IMG/VR virus record: IMGVR_UViG_3300030117_003378
Span: 1 to 64,000 of that record
Origin: a virus
DNA: 64,000 nucleotides
Reading direction: 5' to 3' (one strand)
The first letter of the stretch is position 1, and every line of letters starts with the position of its first letter. A model generated the notes under the pieces. That model searched no databases and was not told where the DNA came from. It saw only the letters and a list, made by a program, of their open reading frames with translations. Made by a program: the position numbers and the translations under genes. This document shows positions 36,835-46,609 of the stretch, in pieces.

Positions 36835-39800
36835 ATGACAAACAACATGAATGTAACTAACGGTCTACGGGTCGTCTTCGTTGTCATGGCACTTGCTTTC
36901 GTTGGCCTCGCGGCTAGCGGAGCAGTTGTCACAGACAGCGCAGACACCCACGGGGTTGTAACAAACCCCACACACATGGGAGTCGGTGGAAACACTGACC
37001 ACATGGAGGTGCTTGAGTTGCACCATCGTCCGCGAAACAGCGCCCAACGTCGTCGTTGGCGTCTTGCCAAAACATCATGGCAACGTCGACGCGCTCGTTG
37101 GCTCTCGCTGAATAGCCTTCAGGCTTTGCGAGACGCATGGGACAAACTTGCCCCAAGAACACAGTTTAGAATTAAGCACGGCTTCGCCAAAGCAAAATTC
37201 GTGGGTGTTATTGGGCTGATGGCTATGATGACTTACTACGTCATCGGACTGCCATTGGCCTTCCTTGTGGGCAAAACCAACCGACGGTGGTACAAGCCCG
37301 GTGTCTATGTGGCGGCGGATTACCTCGTTGCAAAACTCAAATCCGATAAAGAGGATAGAGAACTTGTAGCGCAGGAAAAACGTCAACTGCATCGGGACAT
37401 GGATGAGGTTCAGGACGAGTTGAACATTGCGACTGAAGAACACGAAAAAGCGGTTGACCATCACCGTGAACTAGAATTGTTGCATAAGGACGACCCTGTA
37501 CTGTTTGGTGAGGACGAACTGAAGCAAGCAATTGCTGATGTAGAAGACACCAAGGAATGGGTCAACGAAGCCACTGAGTCATTGCAGTCTGTTCTCGACA
37601 GAGTGGAACAATTCTACTCTGTCAAGATTGATATGCGGCTTGGTAAGTACGGTGAGAATGTAGCCGAGAAATACGGCAGTAGGTTCGCTGAAGTTGACAC
37701 AAGTCTGTTGGAACTTAACCCTGACAACTGGACAGTTGCACCTGAGCATGAAGCAAAGGTTCTGAACATTAGCGACGAACCTAAAGATGGCTTGCGACAA
37801 ATGATGCGAACCAATCTACGGGAAGTGTCAAAGGAGTTTGGTGTGCAAACACCTGTGTTCCGCAACGGTCCGCGTTCGTACACCATCAAGGGCGACGGTT
37901 CAGTGCATGACTATGTCAGAGACGCTGACAGGTCAACCGATACGGTAGCACCCGATACCCGTGCCTATGGCTTTGAGACAAATTTCCCTGTCTCAAACCT
38001 AACTGCGATGATGCGTCACTTGGACATCTACTACACGGCGCAACAACGGTTCCATTGGCCCGGACACTCAAAGCCCGGACAACCGTCAATGATTGTTGAT
38101 GTAGAGTGTGGTTGGCACCTCCACATATCGGTTGCCGCTGGACTTGAGGGCGCGAAGGACAACATCAAAAGAATTCGCAAACTTGGTACTGGCAACGCAA
38201 CACACGATGTGTGGGTTGACTGGCAAGCCGCATTTACCATTAACTATCATGGTAACATTGAGCAGTTCAATGGGATGATGGGCAGAAGCCGCGACCACAA
38301 CAACAGTAACAACACTGGCTATGCGAAGCCTCAGTTTAGTCGTATCAACCATTTGCGTAAGGCAAAGGCACTGTACGAACTTGCGAAGCCTCGCGTGACA
38401 GAAACGGCGCAGGAAGCAAAAGACCGCTTCACTTCGCTCGCTGTTGAGTGGCGAAAGTTTGACGGACCCCATGCGGTTGGACACGAAACACTGGAACAAC
38501 TGGAAAAGTGGGACGGCGTGTCTGCCGTTCCTACGCGAGTTGCTAACCGGTTGCTTAAGAATGCTCGTAAGAAGTATCACGAAGCATTTTGGGCTATGGT
38601 CGACGAAGGTCGTAGCGACTACTGGATGGTTAACTTCGGTGGTTATACGGAACACGGCACAGTAGAGGTCAGACACATGGGCGGATTGAACAACTGGTTC
38701 ACTTCCTGCCTATGGATGATTACCATACAAAAGTTGATGATTGATTCAATGGATGGCAAAGAGTTCTTCATTGCATCACAACACAACAATGGTAGCCAAA
38801 AGGACCCACGCCGCGATGCGTCACAGGCACACGCCTTTGCACAATGGTTGTGTAACGGCTACGAGTGGCCGAAGCCGGTACAGGTTTTCTTGGATGTCTA
38901 CGGCATCACGGAATTCGCAAGTCTGAATGCGGACGCTGTCAACAAGAGTCACCTTGAAGGACAAAGTGTCTTTGTCGAGTCAATCTTGGCATTCAAGGAA
39001 TTTGACGATTGGCAACCATCTGCTGATTTCGTGGACATGAGCGACAAGCGATTAGCCAAGTGGCGACAAAAGTCGTATGCCATGATGGGTGAGACATACA
39101 TCGAACCCGGCAGTACCAACCCGTACAACGCAAGTCTGTTCGGTGTCGGCCTAATCGGTGCTATTGTCGCAGGTACGTCACCAGTGCTAATTGCGCTCGC
39201 GTGCGTAGCGTGTGGCATCGGCGGTTGGATTAACATGAACGTCGATGACGATGGCAAGCCGACAAAGCCAAGTCGTGGTGAGTGGAAGGGGATTCTCAGA
39301 ATCCTCGCCGAACTGTCCTCGCGTGGCTCAGAAGCCTGTGGTGTTGCTTACAGCAGAGGTGACGGTAAGGTACACGGTGCATGGGAAGTAGAACCCGAGT
39401 CCAAGAAGAAGGACAAGTGGGGCTACTACTCATCAGGTATCAACGTACCCAAGATGGTCGGCAGTCTGATTATGAAGAAGATTGCCAAGGGCCTCGGTCG
39501 AATGGGCTTCCGCATGAAGTGGGTTATGACGCACACCCGTCATAGCACAGGCGGTGCTAACAACCGACGCAATGCACATCCAATCAAGGTTGGACCGAAC
39601 GATAACCAAAATGCCGGTATAGTGCTAACGCACAACGGCATGATTTCGTTCAACGCAGAGCGCAAGGTCGAGGACACGCTACCCGAAGAATACTTCGTAT
39701 CGCGTAGCAAGGACATTCGTGGTCTTGAGTTAGATACACGTTGCATCGTGTACTGCTTGGACTACTATGGTTCGACCAACGACGGCATCGACAAGATGGC

Positions 39801-40533
39801 GGCACTGTGTGACTTCGACGGTAGAGCGTCCATGCGTCTCGTATGGGTCGACAAGTCAGAATCGCGTGACGGGTTCCCCGAGCGCGTTCACTTGTGGGCT
39901 AACTGCGACGACCTATGGGTTGCACAGACAGTCAAGGGTAACTGGGTGTATGCTTCAACGCAAAACATCTTGAAGCGTACCTTCGGTAACGTGCTTATAG
40001 ACAGCACTATCCGACACCTAAACCTTGACGCGCACTATGTCATTGATTGGCAACATGGCCTAATCAACCTTGGCAAGTGTGGCAACAAGCACATCGTAGA
40101 GCCTGTCAAGCGTGACTCAAACGCATGGAAGACTGGTCGTAGCACAACTAACAAGCCCGCGACTGTCAACTTAGATGCTTTGGTGTCACCCAAGACAGTA
40201 CCGCCTGTCAAGAACATCATGGATGACGGCTTCTACGAATGCCGCAACTGTGAAAACGGACACTGGTTGACGTTTGACAACAACTGGAATATGTGCCAAA
40301 TCTGCGGTCGTTCAGCAGACGATGTGGTTGACTCTTGCAGTAGCCCATCGTGTGAGACTGACACATTGTGGGACACCTTGCCCGAAGAGGTCAAGACAAC
40401 TGTTCCACCTGTTGGTAGTCCTGACTTGAAGGGATTTGTCGACGAGGTAAATGCCAAGGCAAAGGTTGACGCTAACCTGCGACCGGTCAAGGGCGCACTC
40501 ATGGCGCACGACGAAGACACGCGACAGGCCTGA
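36835..40533 (+). CDS. membrane-associated fusion: putative amidoligase (COOH-NH2 ligase) + class II (Ntn) glutamine amidotransferase + Zn ribbon
   Basis: IKGDGSV, GFE..P, ECGWHLH, GTVEVR (amidoligase); CGIGG, RG.E..G, HTRHSTGG..NAHP, HNG.I, D (GATase II); CxxC..CxxC; GGAGGTGA SD before ATG 36835. Confidence 0.8.
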   Translation: MTNNMNVTNGLRVVFVVMALAFVGLAASGAVVTDSADTHGVVTNPTHMGVGGNTDHMEVLELHHRPRNSAQRRRWRLAKTSWQRRRARWLSLNSLQALRDAWDKLAPRTQFRIKHGFAKAKFVGVIGLMAMMTYYVIGLPLAFLVGKTNRRWYKPGVYVAADYLVAKLKSDKEDRELVAQEKRQLHRDMDEVQDELNIATEEHEKAVDHHRELELLHKDDPVLFGEDELKQAIADVEDTKEWVNEATESLQSVLDRVEQFYSVKIDMRLGKYGENVAEKYGSRFAEVDTSLLELNPDNWTVAPEHEAKVLNISDEPKDGLRQMMRTNLREVSKEFGVQTPVFRNGPRSYTIKGDGSVHDYVRDADRSTDTVAPDTRAYGFETNFPVSNLTAMMRHLDIYYTAQQRFHWPGHSKPGQPSMIVDVECGWHLHISVAAGLEGAKDNIKRIRKLGTGNATHDVWVDWQAAFTINYHGNIEQFNGMMGRSRDHNNSNNTGYAKPQFSRINHLRKAKALYELAKPRVTETAQEAKDRFTSLAVEWRKFDGPHAVGHETLEQLEKWDGVSAVPTRVANRLLKNARKKYHEAFWAMVDEGRSDYWMVNFGGYTEHGTVEVRHMGGLNNWFTSCLWMITIQKLMIDSMDGKEFFIASQHNNGSQKDPRRDASQAHAFAQWLCNGYEWPKPVQVFLDVYGITEFASLNADAVNKSHLEGQSVFVESILAFKEFDDWQPSADFVDMSDKRLAKWRQKSYAMMGETYIEPGSTNPYNASLFGVGLIGAIVAGTSPVLIALACVACGIGGWINMNVDDDGKPTKPSRGEWKGILRILAELSSRGSEACGVAYSRGDGKVHGAWEVEPESKKKDKWGYYSSGINVPKMVGSLIMKKIAKGLGRMGFRMKWVMTHTRHSTGGANNRRNAHPIKVGPNDNQNAGIVLTHNGMISFNAERKVEDTLPEEYFVSRSKDIRGLELDTRCIVYCLDYYGSTNDGIDKMAALCDFDGRASMRLVWVDKSESRDGFPERVHLWANCDDLWVAQTVKGNWVYASTQNILKRTFGNVLIDSTIRHLNLDAHYVIDWQHGLINLGKCGNKHIVEPVKRDSNAWKTGRSTTNKPATVNLDALVSPKTVPPVKNIMDDGFYECRNCENGHWLTFDNNWNMCQICGRSADDVVDSCSSPSCETDTLWDTLPEEVKTTVPPVGSPDLKGFVDEVNAKAKVDANLRPVKGALMAHDEDTRQA

Positions 40534-40597
40534 GCCTGACCCAACGATTGAGGGGGGGCAGTAATGCCCCCTCTCTCTCTAAGGGAGGTGAAATAAT

Positions 40598-41092
40598 ATG
40601 GAGAAAACAATCAAGAAGATTGAAGCCCATTTGGCTCTTTGGATTGAGATGGTTGCGGTATTGTGGATTGATGGCAATGCCCACTATCTACTTTTCAATG
40701 AATACCAAATATCCATGTTCCGAAGTGGACGAACACTACACTTTGGTTTGGTCGTAAACGGTGAAACGGTTGCCAAGTCTCAAATGTCATGGATGCCCGG
40801 TTGTTCAGCAATTTGGTTTGCACATGGCCTTTGGGTACATGAAGACTACCGGTCAAAGGGGAAGCACTCAGGTTGCGGTGCATTATACATTATTCGCCAA
40901 TGGCAGAGAAGACTCTTGTTGGATATGGAAGCGAGCCGTGTTTACATCACGGTGCCAGCAGATAATCCAGCAGGGTTGAGAGCGGCTGAAAAGGCGGGTT
41001 ATGTAAGAATGCCCGACCCACACGATGTGGTTAGCGAGCGACACGGATTCGGACGAGCAATCATGTTCGTTTGGGACCCAATCGGCGCTTGA
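40598..41092 (+). CDS. GNAT-family acetyltransferase
   Basis: LWVHEDYRSKG motif A; V..DNPAG...EKAGY motif B; GGAGGTGA SD. Confidence 0.75.
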   Translation: MEKTIKKIEAHLALWIEMVAVLWIDGNAHYLLFNEYQISMFRSGRTLHFGLVVNGETVAKSQMSWMPGCSAIWFAHGLWVHEDYRSKGKHSGCGALYIIRQWQRRLLLDMEASRVYITVPADNPAGLRAAEKAGYVRMPDPHDVVSERHGFGRAIMFVWDPIGA

Positions 41093-41114
41093 ATACGTCG
41101 CAAGATAACACACC

Positions 41115-41320
41115 GGTTGGTCAAGGGGGCTTAGGTTCCCTTGGCTGACTTAGACACAGAGTCGGTTCCGGGGTTGACCCCGCCGACTCATCTTTCACAC
41201 ACCACCTTCGGGTGAGGGTGCAAACGCACAGTAAAAAAGCCCGCTTACAGGCGGGAGTAAATCACGACCACTGGTCGGTTAACGCATGAGCATTAGCCTT
41301 GGGTGCATTGACCCCCCAAA
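41115..41320 (+). ncRNA. putative structured 3' RNA C (hairpin array)
   Basis: GGTCAAGGG/CCCTTGGCT, GAGTCGG/CCGACTC, CACC-TTCG-GGTG, CCCGC/GCGGG. Confidence 0.4.
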
Positions 41321-41340
41321 AACGCGGTATAAAATCGTGC

Positions 41341-41430
41341 TAAAATCTAACAAAAAGAAATGTTCAAAAAAGATACAAATAAAATAACAAATAAAATGTA
41401 ACAAATCACAAATCAAAATTCACAAATCAG
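41341..41430. repeat. A-rich tract with about 5 ACAAAT repeats
   Basis: Directly visible; T-rich on the minus strand just downstream of ORF 41420-41749. Confidence 0.7.
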
Positions 41431-41749
41431 ACTCCGCGACGATTCCTACCAAATCCAAAATGTCATCCTCCTCAAATCCAACCTCGCCCGAAAAACGAAC
41501 GAGTTGAGCGGTGAATCGACGCTTGCCATCGACGCGGCCACGGGCGGTGTCCACGAAGGCATCGAATGATGAACGGTCAGTCGCTACGCGCAGGTCACGC
41601 ATGACGCGAAGGCCGACGGGCTTCAAGTCCCGATTGAGTAGTATGGCGCGTACTCGGTCGTCGCCGATGGTCTGAAGTCCACCACGATGTGCGCGCGCGT
41701 GCGCGATGAGGCGGGGCATCTCGGTCAGGTCTGCGGGTATGTCGTCCAT
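41420..41749 (-). CDS. hypothetical protein, lone minus-strand gene
   Basis: AGGTTCATAAG TATA-like box about 22 nt upstream on the minus strand; T-rich tract downstream. Confidence 0.55.
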   Translation of the reverse strand: MDDIPADLTEMPRLIAHARAHRGGLQTIGDDRVRAILLNRDLKPVGLRVMRDLRVATDRSSFDAFVDTARGRVDGKRRFTAQLVRFSGEVGFEEDDILDLVGIVAESDL

Positions 41750-42367
41750 GAACCACCCTAGCGACGTAACCTTATGAACCTATCGCTTGGCACAAGGTTT
41801 ATAGGCTCCCCGCCCTTTGAACATGGGTGCGGCGTGGGTATTCGCAAGGTTTATAGGCTTCTACCCCGTGTGACATGGGCTTGGGGCCTAGTTTACTTTC
41901 TACACCTAGTGTATTTGTTAAATCTGACCCGTTCATTGATAATCCAGCCCCTCCTTTGACTGAACAGGCTCGCAGTCATGCGTTTTGGGGATTTTTTTGG
42001 CATTTTCGCTCCGAATCTAGCCTATTTGGCTGATATTCGTTTATATTCCCCAATTCGTGGTACTGCGAGGCCGAAAATTGAGGAGGGTGTATGATGAGGT
42101 AGGGTTTCATACCACTTTTCCACCCGCACTAAGTGTAATTTGTACACCACCCCTTCAAGTAACACCACCTGTCCCCGAACACACTTACTTTACTTTCTAC
42201 ACCGCTCCTACGCGTAAGTACGTTCGCGTGTACGCGTATAGCATGACGAATCGTATGAATCTCATACTGTTAAATATCAGGTCCTAATTCTAACAATGCC
42301 AAGGTTTATAGGCATCCATCGGTAGCATCAATTTGTGGGAGGGGCCGACCCCCCACAGGATGATAAC

Positions 42368-42649
42368 ATGGAACCCAAGCCAGCAACCCGAATTGCAGGT
42401 CGCCACAAGCAAGCCTTGTTGGCCGCAATCTCGGAAATGAAGCCTGAACTGCACTACACGGCAGGAGATATGACATACCACGCGGCGAAGCACAGTAAGA
42501 CTTCCGCCCGATACCTGAAGCCAAAGAATGCGTCCCGTATTCTATGTGCGCTTCAGCGAGAAGGTGCGCCGATTCAAATGCACCCACGCGGCGTCGAAGA
42601 TGAGAATGGGAAGGTCACGACCCAACGCACATTTACGGTGATAGCATGA
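42368..42649 (+). CDS. winged-helix-like protein
   Basis: YTAGDM....PKNASRIL..L pattern followed by a beta hairpin. Confidence 0.45.
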   Translation: MEPKPATRIAGRHKQALLAAISEMKPELHYTAGDMTYHAAKHSKTSARYLKPKNASRILCALQREGAPIQMHPRGVEDENGKVTTQRTFTVIA

Positions 42650-43069
42650 AGATTTGGAACGAAGCGTGTATTTGGTTCATGCGGACTAATGGATATTGCA
42701 GTAAGTGTGGTTGTGTTCACAAGAGCATGGACGAAGATTTGTGGAAGGTGGTTGAATGAGTTACCGGACAAAGTACAGACTGATTCAGCGATTCAAGGGG
42801 GCATTCCAATTCCTCATGTTCTGTCTTCACGCAACCCTTATACCGTTCCTTTTGGTGGGAGTATTGACGGGGGTGCTGAAGTGATGGAAACCGTTCAATG
42901 TTGCCTCCGCCGAATCCCTCGGACTCACATTTTCTATGGTCGCTCGATTCAGACCGGAATTGACAAGTCGTGGTGCTTCGATTGCGCCGCCCCATGCGGT
43001 TATCAAAACGGTGACCATTGGGAAGAAGACGGTTATGCTGATGAAAATGCACGGTGGGTGATTGAATGA
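42646..43069 (+). CDS. three translationally coupled microproteins (42646-42759, 42756-42884, 42884-43069)
   Basis: Manual translation; stop/start overlaps; one CxxC, one hydrophobic and one Cys-rich peptide. Confidence 0.45.
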
Positions 43070-43461
43070 CCCGACCACAATATCACAATCACCCCGATGG
43101 GTGGACTGCGGTTTTGACTCCGCATTTCATCGAAACGTGGCGCAAGCGGACCGAAGGTCGGACTTCACTTTCGATGATGGAGTGGGTGTCGAAGGTCGGA
43201 CGCAAGTTTGACCAAATCGGCGACGATGTGCCGAGCGGCGGAGAGATTCTCAATTCCGCATTCGGTGGCCCCGTTGTCGCCTTCGGATATTTCAACCGCA
43301 GATTCAACAAGAGGCGAGGCCGATGGGAATTGGAGATGATTGACGTTGCCCCACCAAACCGATTCAACACGAAGGGTCGCTCAAGTCATGGCAATTCTCA
43401 CGAAGACACCGTGTTCATGGACGTAAATGACAACGTTTATAGGGTAACAAAGGAGGAATAA
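43066..43461 (+). CDS. hypothetical protein
   Basis: ATGA-coupled ORF. Confidence 0.55.
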   Translation: MTRPQYHNHPDGWTAVLTPHFIETWRKRTEGRTSLSMMEWVSKVGRKFDQIGDDVPSGGEILNSAFGGPVVAFGYFNRRFNKRRGRWELEMIDVAPPNRFNTKGRSSHGNSHEDTVFMDVNDNVYRVTKEE

Positions 43462-43464
43462 ATT

Positions 43465-43968
43465 ATGACAAAGCACTTACAGACTGACGAGGGCTATGGG
43501 CGATACAACAAGATTGATATGACCCTCCACGTTTGTCGGACAGGAGCCAAGGAGCAATTCTACACCTTGTATCAAGAGGGTGTGTGTTGGAGCAAGTACG
43601 GCGCGACATACTACTGCAATTTCATTCAGAATCTCTCTCATAGCAGGGCCGATGCTGAAGAGAAGGCCCATGCCTATGCCGAGAAGCGCAACCTGCGCGA
43701 AATCTGCCACCACCTCGACATTGAGATTCACGATACACCACGACCAATCTATCTTCGACACGAAGCCTTTGGCGTCGAGATGAAGATGAATAAGAAGCGC
43801 ACCGTTTGGTTCGGCAATATCGGCTCGGAATTTTGGGACGAGTGGAGAGAAAACAAGGCCGAAATCAAGGCGGCGGGATATTGGGTAATGAAGGGTGACG
43901 GCGGTTCATGGCTACTCTTCAAGCGCATTGAGCAAGACGAGAGGCAATACGCCGACGAGGAGGAATGA
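43465..43968 (+). CDS. hypothetical protein
   Basis: Promoter repeat plus GGAGG SD upstream. Confidence 0.65.
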   Translation: MTKHLQTDEGYGRYNKIDMTLHVCRTGAKEQFYTLYQEGVCWSKYGATYYCNFIQNLSHSRADAEEKAHAYAEKRNLREICHHLDIEIHDTPRPIYLRHEAFGVEMKMNKKRTVWFGNIGSEFWDEWRENKAEIKAAGYWVMKGDGGSWLLFKRIEQDERQYADEEE

Positions 43969-44276
43969 AAATGATTGACACAGAAAAGTACGAAGACATA
44001 ACACCTGAGCGGTGGACAGTAGATGAGGAAGACCCATACCGTGTGGTAGATGTACAGGACTGCACCATAGCAAGGACTGACTTTATCGACATCGAGGAAG
44101 AAAGAGAGTGGCAGTTAGCCAACGCACAACTGATAGCAGACGCCCCACTACTACTCGCAGAAGTCCAGCGGTTGCGCGAGATAGAGCGTGAGTGGAAGCA
44201 GATGTGGTCTAAGTTAGAGGACTACCCTGAAATTTGTGTTGAATTAATCTACTTTATGGAGGGGATGATTGAATGA
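43965..44276 (+). CDS. hypothetical phage protein (ANA.LIA.AP motif)
   Basis: TP..W...ANAQLIADAP.LL pattern, common in phage small proteins. Confidence 0.6.
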   Translation: MKMIDTEKYEDITPERWTVDEEDPYRVVDVQDCTIARTDFIDIEEEREWQLANAQLIADAPLLLAEVQRLREIEREWKQMWSKLEDYPEICVELIYFMEGMIE

Positions 44277-44511
44277 AGAATTGTTACCATTGTCACGGAG
44301 AAATGAAGGCAGAATCTATACTATACAATTTGAAGCGACTGATTCGTGAGCAAAATGCGGTGAATGGCGACTACGACGATTTGTATTTCGGCATCAAGGA
44401 TTTGATTCAGGCAATCGAGGAGAGGATTTGATGGATTGTGAGATTTGCGGTCACCTTCTCGATGACGACGGAAAGTGCGGTTGTATGGAGGCACTTTGGG
44501 GCTGATTTCAC

Positions 44512-44584
44512 GGTTCCCGTTCTCCCGTGCGTCGACGGCCCTTCGCGGGCGACAGCGACCACGGGGGCGGGACCACATTTTTTT
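44512..44584 (+). terminator. long GC hairpin followed by T7
   Basis: GGTTCCCGTTCTCCCGTG/CACGGGGGCGGGACC stem, inner GTCG/CGAC and GCCC/GGGC, then TTTTTTT. Confidence 0.55.
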
Positions 44585-45023
44585 CGGCCATCTGTGAACA
44601 ATAAGGTTTATAGGGTAACCGGATATATGTTACCCACTAATTTTAGGGCGCGGATAGGTTTATAGTCTAACAATGTAAGGGATATTTACAGGAGAGGAAA
44701 GCATGGTTGAAAGATGTTGGTTTGATTCGCAGGGATTTGGGACTTGGGCTTGTCGCGTATGTGGGCGTCAAGTCATTCAAGACCCGATGGGTTACACTTA
44801 CTCATGTGAGGTGGGAGAATGAGAATGAAGAAGATACAAAACGCACTTTACGACATTCACGAATACGCAGACATTCTGCTCAAGAATAACAAGAGTCACA
44901 TTGCCGTTAATGAATTGGCTGAATTGATTTTGGAGAGAGTCGATTTCATTCGTTTGCACTTAGGGATTGATGAATAACCTTTATAGGGTAACAAGAATAG
45001 GATAATTTAGAGGAGAGGAAAAC

Positions 45024-45986
45024 ATGGCAAAGACAGGAAGAGCAGAAGCCGCGCTGAAGCGCGACCAAATGAGAAACATGGTGGTTGAAACCATCATCAA
45101 GCAAATGGAGAGTGGAAGCACCGATTGGTTGCGACCGTGGACAAAGTCGGGTGGTTCAGAATTGCCCGTCAGCAACGTCGGTCGCTCATACCGAGGCATC
45201 AATGTATGGTGGCTTTGGGCCAACGCATCTCAAAACGGATGGGGCAACGAATGGGGGACTTTCGCTTCATGGAAGAAGGCCGGAGAAGCACACGCTAACT
45301 CAATCGGAAGTGACGAGTATTTCGGTGTTCAGAAGGGCATGAAGTCTACACCGGTTTTCTTCTACAAGATGCTCAAGATTAAGGACAAGGACAACGAAGA
45401 CGAGGAGAAGATGATTCCCCTGCTCAAGTGGTTCTATGTGTTCAACCGAGCGCAGACCAACCTGCCGGACAAGGTATATGTTGATGACGAAACTCACGAA
45501 GTCAGCGAGGAGGCCGCAGAATTGGAGGCGTTGGCACTGTACGACAAGCACAATGTGGATTTGCGGTACGGTGGAGGTCGAGCATTCTATCGGGTGTCGA
45601 CAGACCACATTCAAATGCCGAATCGAGAGCATTTCCGTGACTCGACAGGGTTCACGGCAACACTACTACACGAATTGACTCATTGGACAGGTCACCCGTC
45701 ACGACTCAATCGGAAGTTGGAAAACTCATTCGGAGGCAACGAGTACGCCTTTGAGGAATTGATTGCAGAGATGGGTGCGGCAATGGTTTGCGCCGAGGTC
45801 GGCGTGGACAATGACCACCTGATGATTGACAACCACGCGGCATACGTCACATCGTGGCTCAAGGGACTCAAGACGGACGGTGGCGCACAAGCCCTATGGC
45901 GAGCCGCCGCCCATGCACAGAAGGCCGCAGATTGGATTCTCGGCACAGGCTACGACGGAAAGGAGGACGAGAAGAATGAATCATAA
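45024..45986 (+). CDS. ardC: ArdC-like antirestriction/ssDNA-binding protein with zincin domain
   Basis: W.RPW, YRGIN..L, W.TF..W, F.VFN..Q, AFY....D.I.MP, HELTHWTGH..RL.R, YAFEEL.AE.GA, AAY..SWL. Confidence 0.9.
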   Translation: MAKTGRAEAALKRDQMRNMVVETIIKQMESGSTDWLRPWTKSGGSELPVSNVGRSYRGINVWWLWANASQNGWGNEWGTFASWKKAGEAHANSIGSDEYFGVQKGMKSTPVFFYKMLKIKDKDNEDEEKMIPLLKWFYVFNRAQTNLPDKVYVDDETHEVSEEAAELEALALYDKHNVDLRYGGGRAFYRVSTDHIQMPNREHFRDSTGFTATLLHELTHWTGHPSRLNRKLENSFGGNEYAFEELIAEMGAAMVCAEVGVDNDHLMIDNHAAYVTSWLKGLKTDGGAQALWRAAAHAQKAADWILGTGYDGKEDEKNES

Positions 45987-46609
45987 TTGTTGGTCTTGTA
46001 ATCAAGACATTGTATGCGAGTGCGAAGTCGGTAAGGAGGGACAAGAAGAATGACGAGTGGGACGATGGATTTGACACCGACGCCGCGAGCAGTAGCGATT
46101 ATATGCCTTGAGATTCTCAAGAATGCCCACAAGATTGATACACCGCACGACATTCAGTGGGCCGAAGAGCAGATTCTCAAGATGATTATTGAGGATTGGC
46201 CGGATGACAAGTATTCAAAGGCAAAGCGCGAGCAATGGGGGGAATTGTAAATGAATGAAACAGACAGAGAAGTAATAGAAGAGATGTTGGACAGTATAGC
46301 ACATCTCGCAATCATGCAATACGGCACGTTTGCGAGAAACATGGTTGATAAACTACAAATACACATAAACGACCACGTTCATGCCGGAGATTGGATGGAT
46401 GGATTCGTGACCGGCCTTGAATGGGTGCTTGAAGAATTAGACGGCGTGAGGGTGGTCTGAATGCCGCGCAAGGGTCAAAGAGCAGGTAACCGATGGCGTT
46501 GGAATCAGCGTCGCTCAGTGCGCGAATTGAAGGCATTGCGAATCCCGCACAAGCCACCACGAATGGGTGCGGCACATACCTTTATAGGGTCACAAGAGGA
46601 GGAGTAATT

